Assembly: GCA_045159875.1 (NCBI GenBank)
Contig: CP067995.1
Coordinates: 1,024,001 to 1,088,000 of the forward strand
DNA: 64,000 nucleotides
Direction of reading: 5' to 3'
From: a cyanobacterium endosymbiont of Rhopalodia gibba
GTDB lineage: Bacteria > Cyanobacteriota > Cyanobacteriia > Cyanobacteriales > Microcystaceae
Positions 1 through 11,041 of the stretch are shown piece after piece (positions within the stretch are counted from its first letter, which is position 1; each line of letters starts with the position of its first letter). The position numbers were made by a program, and so were the translations under genes. The notes under the pieces are model-generated. The model did no database searches, was not told the DNA's origin, and saw only the letters and a list, made by a program, of their open reading frames with translations.

Positions 1-473
1 TCTTCGGTATTTTCCCTATAAACAATAATATCAAGTTTTTCGGGTGACCTGTGGGGAGAAGGAGTCCCCGGATAGTAATGACAAGGACGAATGCACGCAT
101 AGAGGGTAAAAATTTGCCGTAATGCAACGTTAAGCGAACGAATCCCCCCACCGATAGGAGTAGTTAAGGGTCCTTTAATAGCGATACCATATTCTTCAAT
201 AGCTTTAAGAGTATCATCAGGTAAGTATTGATAGGTTCCATAAAGGTCACACGCTTCATCTCCTGCATAGACTTTAAACCAGTTAACTTGGCGTTTGTCT
301 CCATACGCAGTGGCAATCGCAGCATCGATCACCCTTTTGGTAGCAGGCCAAATGTCCACACCTATTCCATCGCCTCGAATGAAGGGAATAATAGGATCAT
401 CTGGAACAATAGGTTTACCGTCTTCATAAGTAATTTTAGAACCAGCGGTTGGGGATATTAGTTTCTCGTACAT
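1..473 (-). CDS. icd: NADP-dependent isocitrate dehydrogenase, N-terminal part (runs off window start)
   Basis: Manual minus-strand translation from ATG at 473: MYEKLISPTAGSKITYEDGKPIVPDDPIIPFIRGDGIGVDIWPA...AIKGPLTTPIGGGIRSLNVALRQ...IIVYRENTE, all hallmark IDH motifs. Confidence 0.95.
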   Translation of the reverse strand, partial: MYEKLISPTAGSKITYEDGKPIVPDDPIIPFIRGDGIGVDIWPATKRVIDAAIATAYGDKRQVNWFKVYAGDEACDLYGTYQYLPDDTLKAIEEYGIAIKGPLTTPIGGGIRSLNVALRQIFTLYACIRPCHYYPGTPSPHRSPEKLDIIVYRENTE

Positions 474-613
474 AAAATCATTTTATACTTAGTGTCATCT
501 TTCAATTACACTCCTCCAATGAATCAATTCCTTTATCTCTTAAGGAAATCTATGTAAGTTAGCAAGAGTAATTGTTCTTTTAAAAACTTATATGTTAGGA
601 TGAAAGTCTATAC

Positions 614-687
614 GGACGTATAGCTCAGCTGGTTAGAGTACATCGTTGACATCGATGGGGTCACTGGTTCAATTCCAGTTACGTCCA
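614..687 (+). tRNA. trnV: tRNA-Val (GAC)
   Basis: Acceptor stem GGACGTA/TACGTCC, D-arm TAGCTCAGCTGGTTAGAG, anticodon arm CATCG-TTGACAT-CGATG, T-loop GGTTCAATTCC; CCA not encoded. Confidence 0.96.
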
Positions 688-908
688 TATTTACTGGAAA
701 AAATCTGTCTAAAAAAATATTAAATCCTTTGCAGGAATGGCACTTTTTGGGCAAGAGTCAATGTTACTATGTGAAAAAGCATATTAAGTTCACATGTACT
801 GTGTTGCTCATAGCTAGATCATAAATTTGAACTTCTGCAAACCGTATATTAGTCTAAAAAGATTTAGACTATTAAAATATAGTCCCACTAACGGCATATT
901 GAAAAACA

Positions 909-3167
909 ATGAAATGGGATCGGCGGACTTTTCTAAAGACCTTGCTCACCTGGGGAATTAATCAAGCAGGGCTTGAATGGTTCTCTAGACAAGCAAAAAT
1001 TAAATGTTACTATCAAACCCTAGCTACGCCAACCCCCCGTAAACTGGCATTGTTGGTAGGTATTGATGACTATAGTAGTCATTACAAGTTGAAAGGATGT
1101 GTTACTGATGTTGAGCGACAAAAAGAATTACTAATTTATCGCTTCGGATTTGCCCGTAAAGATATTTTAACCTTAACGGAACAACAGGGAACTCGTGAAG
1201 GAATAGAACGTGCTTTCACCGAACATCTGATTCAACAGGCTAAAGCAGACGATGTCGTGCTGTTTCACTTCAGTGGCTATGGCAATTATGTCAAAGAAAA
1301 CCTTCATGATGTTTCCACTCTCTCGTCAACGCGAAAACGAGGGCTAGTTCCCCAAGATGGAATTTGCTCAACTCAAAGTACTCCTACAACCAACGATATT
1401 CTTGAAGAAACGCTTTTACTGTTAGGTCAATCTTTAGCTACTGATAAACTGACCATGGTCTTGGATACCAGTCATCAGTATTTAGGAAGAGAACTCGAAG
1501 GAAATCTGCAAGGACGTTCTTTTCCCTATGAGGCTCAACAACCTAGTCCAGAAGAAATGACCTTTCAAACTCAATTAAAAGAAATACTCAAAGCTAAAAA
1601 CATCCAAGCTAAACCGTCACAAATAGTTGGCACTCTACTAAGGGCTGCTCAACACCAGCAAGTAGCCACCGAAATCATAGGCAATGGCTTTAGTACCGGT
1701 TTATTCACATATATCTTAACCCAATGTCTGTGGCAAGCAACCCCCAGCAGTAAAACTATAGTTTTTCTAGAAAATTCCAGTGAACACATGTTTCCTATCA
1801 GGGGACAACAACAACAACCTCAACTCCAAGCAAGCCAAAAACAACCTCTTTTCACCTACTACATACTTCCGGTTACTCCCCAGGGAGCTGAGGGGGTGAT
1901 TATAGAAGTAGAAGAAAAAACTACCGCCACCATTAAACTAACTGGACTGCCCCTATCGGCTATACAACACTACGGACTTAATTCTTGCTTTAAGGTGGTT
2001 GGCTCCCAATCCTTACACCCCATTATCGTACAATTATACTCCCGTGATGGACTAACTGGTAAGGTTCGATTACTTCAGATACCACAAGACCAAACTGATA
2101 TATTTCCCCTACAAAAGGGACAATTGCTTCAAGAAACTTTACGTGTGATTCCCAAAACTTTAGGACTTACTGTTGCTCTCGATAAAAACTTAGAGAGAAT
2201 TGAACGGGTCGATGCGACGAGTGCTTTTGCCTCAATGAAAATCGTCTCGTCAGTCATTACAGCAGGAGAATCAGGAGCTGATTGCGTCTTGGGACGACAA
2301 CAAAAGACATTAATTTTCAATGAGGGAGATTTGTCTAAATTAGAAACAGAAGGAGGCTATGGACTTTTTTTACAAGGGGGTATTCCAGTTTCTAATACTT
2401 TCGGTCAATCAGGAGAAGCCATTAAATCGGCTGTTGATAGGCTTCGACCTACCTTTAAAAAACTTTTGGCTATCAAGTGGTGGCGGCTTACTATTAATGA
2501 AGGTTCTTCGGGATTGGGGCTAGGAGTAACCCTTAAAAATCTTGATCAAGATCCTTCCCTAGTGCTACAACGAGAAACTCTACGCAAACTCTCGTCGTTT
2601 AAAACATCTTCACCCCTAACTCAGACTGATTTGTTACCGCCGACAAGGTTTTCTCCCGATTCTCTACAACTTCAGCATTTACCTCAACTACCCCAAGGAA
2701 GTCGTTTTCAATGTCGATTGGAAAATCGAGGTGATTGTCCTATCTACTACCTAATTTTAGGAGTAGATGCCAGTGGGCAAACCACCGCCTACTTGCCTCC
2801 CCGACAAAAAAATCAAACCCAGCAAACAGCCTACCTATCTCCAGGAGAAGCCAGGCTTGTTCCTTTCTCTTCTCGAGGACTTGACTGGACACTAGCGAGT
2901 AGTCAGGGATGGGGACAAATGATGATTGTCGGTTCTAAATTTCCTTTTACGAAAACTTTAGAAACCCTAGCAGAGTTTCCAGGGTTTAAGCTTGACCAGG
3001 GGCAAATATTTGCTCTGGAGGAGCCCCTCAAAATCACACAATCGCTCTTAGAAGACTTAAATACTTCTAGAGTTTTTGCAAGTGAATCGGCGGGAACATT
3101 CACTGATTGCTATGCTCTTGATAGCAGTGCCTGGGCAACTTTAAGTATTGTATATCAAGTTGTTTAA
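909..3167 (+). CDS. Caspase-family (peptidase C14) protein, pseudo-orthocaspase with Tyr/Ser in place of the His/Cys dyad and a probable C-terminal DUF4384-like domain
   Basis: 752 aa; RKLALLVGID...LKGCVTDVE...FHFSGYG...VLDTSH; N-terminal RRTFLK. Confidence 0.85.
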   Translation: MKWDRRTFLKTLLTWGINQAGLEWFSRQAKIKCYYQTLATPTPRKLALLVGIDDYSSHYKLKGCVTDVERQKELLIYRFGFARKDILTLTEQQGTREGIERAFTEHLIQQAKADDVVLFHFSGYGNYVKENLHDVSTLSSTRKRGLVPQDGICSTQSTPTTNDILEETLLLLGQSLATDKLTMVLDTSHQYLGRELEGNLQGRSFPYEAQQPSPEEMTFQTQLKEILKAKNIQAKPSQIVGTLLRAAQHQQVATEIIGNGFSTGLFTYILTQCLWQATPSSKTIVFLENSSEHMFPIRGQQQQPQLQASQKQPLFTYYILPVTPQGAEGVIIEVEEKTTATIKLTGLPLSAIQHYGLNSCFKVVGSQSLHPIIVQLYSRDGLTGKVRLLQIPQDQTDIFPLQKGQLLQETLRVIPKTLGLTVALDKNLERIERVDATSAFASMKIVSSVITAGESGADCVLGRQQKTLIFNEGDLSKLETEGGYGLFLQGGIPVSNTFGQSGEAIKSAVDRLRPTFKKLLAIKWWRLTINEGSSGLGLGVTLKNLDQDPSLVLQRETLRKLSSFKTSSPLTQTDLLPPTRFSPDSLQLQHLPQLPQGSRFQCRLENRGDCPIYYLILGVDASGQTTAYLPPRQKNQTQQTAYLSPGEARLVPFSSRGLDWTLASSQGWGQMMIVGSKFPFTKTLETLAEFPGFKLDQGQIFALEEPLKITQSLLEDLNTSRVFASESAGTFTDCYALDSSAWATLSIVYQVV

Positions 3168-4689
3168 AAAATGAATTAAAGTTAAGATTTAATAGTTGAT
3201 TAAACTCACAACAATCTAGAAATTGTTATTGGCTATATCACCGATTACCATTAATTGGTTAACTCTTTCGGAGTTCTGAAGCGGCGGACCATACTTGCTT
3301 TTCTGCTCTACCTCCTAATGATTGACTATGATCACTATGGAAATTGCTTGAATATTTTGGCTAGCAATCTCCTTAATTTTATTAACAGATTACGACATTA
3401 TTGCTATTGCTGTTGAAATTAATAATCGAGAGGTAAACACTGCTTATGCTTGTATCATTAAATAGGGAGTATGGAATTATACTATACTGTTCCTTAGAGG
3501 TTCTTAAATAATTTCGAGCAACTGCTTTGAGTAAAAAGTTTTATAAACAGTTATATCAAGGATTTTTAACTCAATATTGTTGTTTTTTAAACTATGAACT
3601 TACAGAAAATATACTTTCCGAGTTATAAGATAGCAAATACTGCGATTTCGTCCTATTTTTGGGAGTATCCATTTTTATAAAAGAATTTATCTCTTCCTTT
3701 ATGAAGAACTAGTCAAAGATGATGATGAACATTTTTAAAAATTTTAATTGTCTATTGATTAGAGCGACCTTAGGAAATTAAATCATAAGAGTGGAGACAA
3801 AATGGCTGAATTTAATTACTTAACATTTGCCTAAGTAAAAAATATAAAAATCAAAAAAACCTTATTAAGAAAATATAGGAGCTCGTGGTGTCCTATCCTA
3901 GCAAAAAAAATTCAGGAGATTAGTAGAGAATATTTGCTAGCTTACTCTTCAAAATTGGAGTAATCAAAAAAATTATTTATATTAGATAATTTTCGAGTTA
4001 ATAAGTATTTAAAAACAATTTAAAAAACAAAAAAAACCTGAATAAATTATTATATTTTTAAATTAAAAATGAATAACAAACTAGGAACTAGTTTAGTAAA
4101 TATGCTAATTTTTTTTTGTAAGGATATTGTTATCATATTTAATGTCAAACATACTTATCTAAAAAAGTTTTCCTGACTTAGGGTAAAAAGGTAAATTTAC
4201 CTTATATTATACTTTTCTTAAAAACTATTAAAGTTTTGAACGTTAGCAGTTTCTATTTTAGACAATCGATAACGTTGTTGTGTTTTGACTTCGATGTTAA
4301 TAATGACAAGAGTTTTTTAAATATAGTCAAATTCATGTTTAAAGGAACTGGATAAGTATATTTTGTGAATGGAACTAAAAATATAGCACCGTGTGATAAT
4401 TATTCTGAAATAAGGGCTATATCCCTACTATTAAGGAAAAATTGAGCTTACGTATATCCTAAAAATAACTTCTACTTAACTGGATCAACTAGACCATAAA
4501 GTTATATTTTTTTAGTCAATTAAAATTAATTTTGAGGGAACAGACTAGCTCTATATCACCCCAAGTATTGAACTGAATTTAAAGTTCTCTCAAGCCAGAA
4601 AAGATTAACTATTTCCCAATAAATAAGCTAATATTGATTTTGATTAAGTAAGTCCTTTTAAACAGATTTTTTAGGAATTTACTAAATCT

Positions 4690-5455
4690 ATTAGATCAGA
4701 AAAATAAATATAAAAATAAAATTTAGTTATAGATAATAGGCCAGTTAACACTCATAATTATCGACTTTTATGCAACTTAGTGTGTTGATGTAAATTACTA
4801 AAATCTATCTTAAAAATTATCTTTAAAGAAAATTACTTTATTATGGCTATAGTTTATCTTGATAAAGAGCTGAAACTAGCTCAACAGTACCAAGTTAAAG
4901 GAGTTACTGATATTAAATGACTGTCGATAATGAAATAATATCAGCTTTGGTCGGGGTTTTACCTGAACTAGAAATATAGGTATCACTTAAAAAATTTAAC
5001 TTTTAATTATACTTAGTATTAAAAATCGAAGAAATCTGTGCTTTAATTACAACTTTAAATGTCATTAAAACCAAACAAGTTTCTAATCAATTATTAGCTA
5101 AATATCCTAAAAAAAAATCAGTAATTGTATTAAATGATAGTTTTTCTGTTCGTATTTTTAGTATAGAATATACTACCAAAATATCAGTAGCTGCTAGTAT
5201 CAATATTCGAGTTTATTATTCTAAAATTGAACTAAATATATACTTTAATTGAAGTTTTTTTAAGAAAATATTGATAATTCCAGAAAAAGTGAACTGATAA
5301 AATGTCTGCTAAAGTGGATTAGTCAATTTTAATAAAAGATTAAATTATCGTAATGACGAGGCAATGAAAATCATAATCTATATTTTTAACTTACTGAGAA
5401 ATAAATATTTTTAACTAATCAATAGTAGCAATTATTAAGACTATTATTGATTAGT
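4690..5455 (+). pseudogene. Degraded thioredoxin-TPR co-chaperone (YbbN/CnoX-like); boundaries approximate
   Basis: Fragments IIIDFYAT*C (4754-4783, remnant of the WCxxC motif with W->TAG), CKLLKSILK...LDKELKLAQQYQVKGVTDIK, ALVGVLPELEI and NYRNDEAMKIIIYIFNLL, with frameshifts and stops. Confidence 0.7.
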
Positions 5456-5499
5456 TTTTATCTATTTAAAAAACAGTGGCAATAGGACAAGTTAAATCT

Positions 5500-5552
5500 A
5501 GTCCCCCATCCTCAGCCTCTTGTTTAAAACAAGAGGCTGAGGATGGGGGACT
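5500..5552. repeat. Perfect inverted repeat, 26-bp arms with a 1-nt spacer
   Basis: AGTCCCCCATCCTCAGCCTCTTGTTT-A-AAACAAGAGGCTGAGGATGGGGGACT. Confidence 0.95.
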
Positions 5553-5713
5553 GAAAGAAATAGCTATTCCCCGACTGACCATTTACCGATAATATAGAAA
5601 ATGCTCACTTCAATTGATTAGTGACACAGACCTTAGGGAATGGCATCACCCGCCCCATTTCCTCCCCATGACGACATCCTCGGAAGGGGTATTTAGCGGT
5701 AAATTAAGGATTA

Positions 5714-5962
5714 ATGAACCAAGAAATCTTTGAAAAAGTTAAAAGTATCGTTATCGAACAACTTGAAGTTGCTCCAGAAACGGTAACACCAGAATCAAGT
5801 TTTGCTAATGACTTAGGAGCAGATTCCCTAGATACTGTTGAGCTGGTTATGGCATTAGAGGAAGCATTTGATATTGAAATTCCTGACGAAGTAGCCGAGC
5901 AAATTGACACAGTTGGCAAAGCTGTTGAACACATCGGTAAAAAAATTGTAGCAACCACTTAA
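5714..5962 (+). CDS. acpP: Acyl carrier protein
   Basis: [18 protein letters not shown] motif; upstream of fabF. Confidence 0.98.
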   Translation: MNQEIFEKVKSIVIEQLEVAPETVTPESSFANDLGADSLDTVELVMALEEAFDIEIPDEVAEQIDTVGKAVEHIGKKIVATT

Positions 5963-6053
5963 CCTCACTTGTGGGGAGAAGTTGCTGTCCCCATCCCTTA
6001 CTCTCCCTATAATCTACAGGGTAGAGTTAGCCTAATATCTTTAAGCGAAGATC

Positions 6054-7304
6054 ATGACCAATTCAGAATTAAAGCGCGTTGTCGTAACAGGACTAGGTGC
6101 AATAACCCCTATTGGCAATAACCTGATGGAATATTGGGACGGATTAGTTAGTGGCCGCAATGGGATTGGGTTAATTACTCATTTCGATGCCGCCCAGCAT
6201 GCCTGCCGTTTTGCCGGAGAAGTCAAAGGATTTGACCCCCACGATTACTTAGACCGGAAAGAAGCTAAACGGATGGACCGTTTTGCACAATTTGGGGTAG
6301 CGGCGAGTTTACAAACCTTAGCTGATTCCCAGTTAGTGATTAATAAGCTTAATGCAGACCAAGTAGGAGTCATGATTGGGACGGGAATTGGCGGTCTAAA
6401 GGTACTCGAGGATCAACAAAAAATCTACCTTGACCGTGGCCCCAGTCGTTCTAGTCCCTTCATGATTCCCATGATGATTGCTAATATGGCTGCTGGATTA
6501 ACAGCAATCCATACGGGAGCGAAAGGACCAAATAGCTGTACGGTGACTGCTTGTGCTGCTGGTTCCAATGCTGTAGGAGACGCTTTTCGCCTAGTGCAAC
6601 GAGGTTATGCCAAAGCGATGATTTGTGGGGGGACGGAAGCTGCTATTACGCCCTTGGGAATAAGCGGATTTGCGGCAGCTCGAGCTTTGTCAACTCGCAA
6701 TGATTATCCAGCAATGGCCTGTCGTCCTTTTGATCGTGATCGCGATGGGTTCGTGATGGGTGAAGGGGTGGGAATCCTAATCCTTGAAGAACTAGAACAC
6801 GCTCTCGATCGTGAGGCTGAAATTTATGCCGAAATCGTCGGCTATGGGATGACTTGTGATGCTTATCATATGACATCTCCTGTTCCTGATGGTTGCGGCG
6901 CAACCCGAGCGATGGAACTGGCGTTAGCCGATGCGGGACTGATTCCAGAACAAGTGAATTATATTAATGCTCACGGAACCAGTACTTTAGCTAATGATGT
7001 CACGGAAACTAAAGCTATTAAAAAAGCTTTGGGAAAACACGCTTACAAAATTCTCATTAGTTCTACCAAGTCGATGACAGGCCATTTATTAGGGGGGTCT
7101 GGAGGCATAGAAGCAGTAGCCACTGCCATGGCGATTGCTAAGGGAAGAGTTCCTCCTACAATTAATTTAGATAATCCTGATCCTGAGTGTGATCTTAATT
7201 ATGTACCTCATGAAAGTTGCTATTTTGATATTAAAGTTGCCTTATCTAATTCCTTTGGATTTGGCGGACATAATGTCACCTTAGCTTTTAAGAAATATCA
7301 GTAA
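6054..7304 (+). CDS. fabF: 3-oxoacyl-ACP synthase II
   Basis: RVVVTGLG, TACAAG, NAHGTST, GHLLG, SNSFGFGGHN. Confidence 0.98.
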   Translation: MTNSELKRVVVTGLGAITPIGNNLMEYWDGLVSGRNGIGLITHFDAAQHACRFAGEVKGFDPHDYLDRKEAKRMDRFAQFGVAASLQTLADSQLVINKLNADQVGVMIGTGIGGLKVLEDQQKIYLDRGPSRSSPFMIPMMIANMAAGLTAIHTGAKGPNSCTVTACAAGSNAVGDAFRLVQRGYAKAMICGGTEAAITPLGISGFAAARALSTRNDYPAMACRPFDRDRDGFVMGEGVGILILEELEHALDREAEIYAEIVGYGMTCDAYHMTSPVPDGCGATRAMELALADAGLIPEQVNYINAHGTSTLANDVTETKAIKKALGKHAYKILISSTKSMTGHLLGGSGGIEAVATAMAIAKGRVPPTINLDNPDPECDLNYVPHESCYFDIKVALSNSFGFGGHNVTLAFKKYQ

Positions 7305-7323
7305 ACAAGAAAAATAAGTTATT

Positions 7324-7350
7324 AATCTCCTTACTGTTAGTAAGGAGATT
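7324..7350 (+). terminator. Hairpin after fabF
   Basis: AATCTCCTTACT-GTT-AGTAAGGAGATT, 12-bp perfect stem 20 nt after the stop. Confidence 0.7.
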
Positions 7351-7439
7351 GTCAATTGAGAAATCGATCAATTCAACCCCAAAATATAACTTTTTGTAGA
7401 GTAACTCTGACAAAATTAAAATAAATAAAAGTTAAAAAT

Positions 7440-7730
7440 CTTACTTAAAAATATAAGTTCAAGTAGACTTAAAAACACAGTTATTATCTTCAATATTTTT
7501 AGCTTGAATCTGAACAAAGTTGACAAATATATAAAATAGTAACTGCAGAAGTAAAGATTAAAATTTTTGTTAAAAAACAGAAATAGACAAGATTAATTAG
7601 ACTTTCTCTTAAACTTCAATAAAAGTTTTTTTAGGTTTATTAAGTATAAAAAATTAGTTGAATAAAAAAAATATAAATTTTTTAAACCCTACAAAATTAA
7701 GAAAAAAAATTTTTTGAAGTCATCTCGCTC
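7440..7730 (+). repeat. Degenerate dispersed repeat, copy 1 (similar to ~19860-20150)
   Basis: Collinear shared blocks such as GTTGACAA(n)AAAATAGTAACTGC and CA[C/T]AGTTATTAT. Confidence 0.55.
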
Positions 7731-9200
7731 AATATATATAAAAAGTGATAAGATTAAAAATATTTAAAACTTTTTTAGCGGTTAGATGCTTAATAAAGCA
7801 TTTAGAGTTTCTTTCATAAACTCCAAATAAACTAGACTGAGAGTGATGAAAGCGACGAGGCACCACTAATTCCATCAAAGTAAAAAGTCTGAGCACAATG
7901 CTTAATAAAAACATCAATTATTTAATTGTTTTTCTAGTGTTAGAAATAAATTAGTAGAACTAGTAAATTACCCTTTTAGGGAGATTATCTTCAAAAACTA
8001 AATTTTAGTTTACAAATATTTCCAGTTTGTAATTAAGGTCAAAACAAAAACTTGTTAACAAGAAGATTCGACACTGCTGATTTCACAACTTTTATATACT
8101 TTTTTCTAGTTAATCTTTGTTCTAATTGAGAATTTAGGATATCCAGTCAAATATCAAACGATTATTTTAAAAAAATAATCGTATTTTATCTGTAAATAAC
8201 TTCTTATTGTTATTTAGTATTTATACGAAAAAATAAAGCTTTTTCTTAAAAGCTAAACGTTTTTTTAAGTCTTTAATCTGAAAGAATCCCAAAACATTCT
8301 ACCTGGCAAACATTCATCTTTCTTCTCATTTGATAACTTTTTTTCAATTTTGGGTTAAATTTAAATATTTTCTAATATATTTTTGAAGTTATTACCAATC
8401 AATAGTATTTCTAATTTTCTTTATATTTTTTGACTATTTTAATCATTTTTATTGGGGAATTTTTTACCTAATTAGCTAACAATTTTGGACTAGATTCGGA
8501 TATGGCTAAGGGAAAACAATAGATTTTTTTATCTCCACAACTTTTAGCTCCATTATTTGAGGTTAACACCTTTGAATTCTTTAAATATAGGAATTCTTTA
8601 TAACCTAAAGTTTTTGTCAACTTTTTCCATGTTGGTAGATGATCTAATTCATCCTCTTCATTTGCAGCTAGCTACTAATAAGTAGCTTTTTAATATGTCT
8701 AATATAGCAAATATTTAGCATTATTGTCTTGAATAAGGGCATTGATCTTCACTATATCCAAATTTAATTCAAGATTTTTAAAAGTCTTCTAGGATGTGAT
8801 GAAATGTTGGAAAACTGCTGATGTCACTTCTTGCTTGAGTGAACAAATTTTCGGACCATGACATCTTTATCTGAGAAATGCTCTCTATATATTATATATC
8901 AAGAGTTCTGAACTAATTTCCACAAAGGTCATTTTTTACTTCTTCATCTCGAATTTTTTAGCCTATTATTCTTTCTAGGCTTCTTTAAAGCTCCTATACT
9001 CATTTTTCTAGGCGACAATTCTATGATCAGTCTCACTCACTATATAAGTCAATAACGATGTCGTTAGTTCTCCGTAATTTAATCCTTTACAATTGCCATG
9101 GGTTTATGGCAGATTATTGTCTATAATAAATAAAACTTTAATTGATTTTAAGCAATCAATAATTGAGAAAAAATTATCTATTCGTTCTAACTGTATCTAA
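7729..9200 (-). mobile_element. Degraded IS1634-family transposase
   Basis: Minus-strand fragments in the expected order: ERIDN..IIDNNLP*THGNCKGLNYGELTTSLLTYIVSETDHR (~9020-9190), FGYSEDQCPYSRQ (~8724-8762; consensus GHSKDHRPDL.Q) and SIVLRLFTLMELVV...GVYERNSK...LTAKKVL (7729-7917). Confidence 0.75.
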
Positions 9201-9679
9201 GACACATTTAATAAACTGATTCTTGTTCAACACTTGATTAGCTCGACCTTTCTCGCTCACCCTACTTCTTTAAGACTAAGCCAGGAGTCAGTTAGATAAT
9301 TGAATAGTTGTTGGTCATTATCGAATTTTTTATTCTTTTCTGAAATTTATTTAAAAAAATTAATGCTTTCTTCTTTCTAAGTTTTCTCCCCTTCACTCCT
9401 CGGAAAATTCTAAAATCTTTCTCTTCTTTGAAGAATATGTGGAAACTATCCTTCAATTTGGATAGGAGTATAGATTCAATACAATCTGCAATTTCCTCAA
9501 CTTTTTATTCTTTTGTGTTTTAAAGATAAAACTCCTGATCTTGTTCTAGTTCTGGAAAGAATTTCAACAGAATTAGGATGGCAAACTGACATTTAGCGAT
9601 CATTTTTTGTTAAACTATTTTGCTATTTCACACTTGTTTAAACTAACTTACCTATCTAGTTAAAGAAGAACAAAAAATA

Positions 9680-11041
9680 CTAACCTGACCAAAAAATTCG
9701 AGCAAACAAACAAGCAGATAAAATTCCTGAAGTATCTGCTAACAAAGCAGCTACTAATCCATGGCGAATATTTGTAATCCCAATTGATCCAAAATAAACC
9801 GCTAACACATAAAAAGTAGTTTCTGTACTACCCATAATAATTGAAGAAACAAAGGCACTGTAGGAGTTAGGATCGCGTTCTATCGCCTCAGTCATTAAGG
9901 CAAATGCGCCATTTCCAGACAAGGGACGTAATAAAGCCATCGGTAATACATCGACTGGAAGACCAATCCAGTTGGTATAGGGACTCAAAAAATGAATAAT
10001 TTTATCCATTGCCCCCGATGCACGAAACATGCCAATAGCCACTAAAATTGCTACTAAAAAGGGGATAATTTGGATGGCAATATCAAACCCTTGTTTAGCT
10101 CCCTCAGTAACTGCTTCATAAACTTTAACTCCCCGTCCAACACCATAGATAACAATTAATAAAATTAACGCAGGAAGTAACCAATGAGAGATAAATTCTT
10201 GGCGGATAAATTCTCCTAAATCATTACTATTGATTGCCCGATAAAGAATAGCTCCTAAAAATGCTCCAAAACATCCCCAGGAAAAAAAGCGAGATAATAA
10301 ACCAGGAGAATACAAAAGATGGTCAAAATTGGAGTTTTCTTCTGTTTCTATTAAGCTATCTGTTTTAATAGATTTCTCTTTTATCTCAGATTTCTGCAGA
10401 GAAGATTGAAACGACAATTTAGCATAATTCTGATCTCTTTTTCCCAACCAAACTGAAACCGAGATTCCTAAAACTGTTGAAACCGTTGTTGCTAAGAAAG
10501 TTGGTATCCAAATGGCAGCAGGAAGGGTACTTCCTGCCGCCGCCCGCACCCCAATGACTCCTAGGGGGAATAGTGCAACACTAGAAGTATTGATCGCTAA
10601 AAATAGACACATAGCATTAGTAGCTGTCCCTGGAAGGGGATTTAGCTTATCGAGTTCAGCCATCGCCTTTAGCCCAAAAGGGGTAGCGGCATTTCCTAGT
10701 CCTAACATATTGGCAGAGATGTTTAACAACATTGCTCCCATCGCGGGATGAGCGGGAGGAACACTAGGAAATAACTGAATCATCAAAGGTTTAATCCATT
10801 CTGCTAGGGTTAACATTAATCCTCCAGCTTCTAACACGCGGATCAATCCTAACCACAGTGCCATAATTCCAATTAACCCAACGGCTAATTCAACAGCACT
10901 TTTAGCTGAGTCTACGCTAGCTTTTGTTATGGCTTCCATCCCGCCTGTATACCCTGCTAAAAGGATAGAAATGGACATTAGTCCAACAAAAACAAGGTCA
11001 ATTGCGCTGGGCCGTCCAGCCTGAGAACGCAGAAAGGTCAT
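9680..11041 (-). CDS. Fused SpmA-SpmB / nucleoside-recognition (Gate) domain membrane protein
   Basis: 453 aa; ANMLGLGNAATPFGLKAM..L..LNP..TATNAMCLFLAINTS (SpmA) and GAKQGF..LRPLSG..GSTETTFYVLAVYFGS (SpmB). Confidence 0.9.
   Translation of the reverse strand: MTFLRSQAGRPSAIDLVFVGLMSISILLAGYTGGMEAITKASVDSAKSAVELAVGLIGIMALWLGLIRVLEAGGLMLTLAEWIKPLMIQLFPSVPPAHPAMGAMLLNISANMLGLGNAATPFGLKAMAELDKLNPLPGTATNAMCLFLAINTSSVALFPLGVIGVRAAAGSTLPAAIWIPTFLATTVSTVLGISVSVWLGKRDQNYAKLSFQSSLQKSEIKEKSIKTDSLIETEENSNFDHLLYSPGLLSRFFSWGCFGAFLGAILYRAINSNDLGEFIRQEFISHWLLPALILLIVIYGVGRGVKVYEAVTEGAKQGFDIAIQIIPFLVAILVAIGMFRASGAMDKIIHFLSPYTNWIGLPVDVLPMALLRPLSGNGAFALMTEAIERDPNSYSAFVSSIIMGSTETTFYVLAVYFGSIGITNIRHGLVAALLADTSGILSACLFARIFWSG

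Noticed and set aside
228..461. 77-aa plus-strand ORF, and similar antisense or overlapping ORFs inside fabF, sufB, secD, mutS2, gyrA, gyrB, ABC-F, ctaA and hypF
   Set aside because: Shadow ORFs of well-supported genes with no independent motifs
474..613. NtcA site upstream of icd
   Set aside because: No GTA-N8-TAC match found
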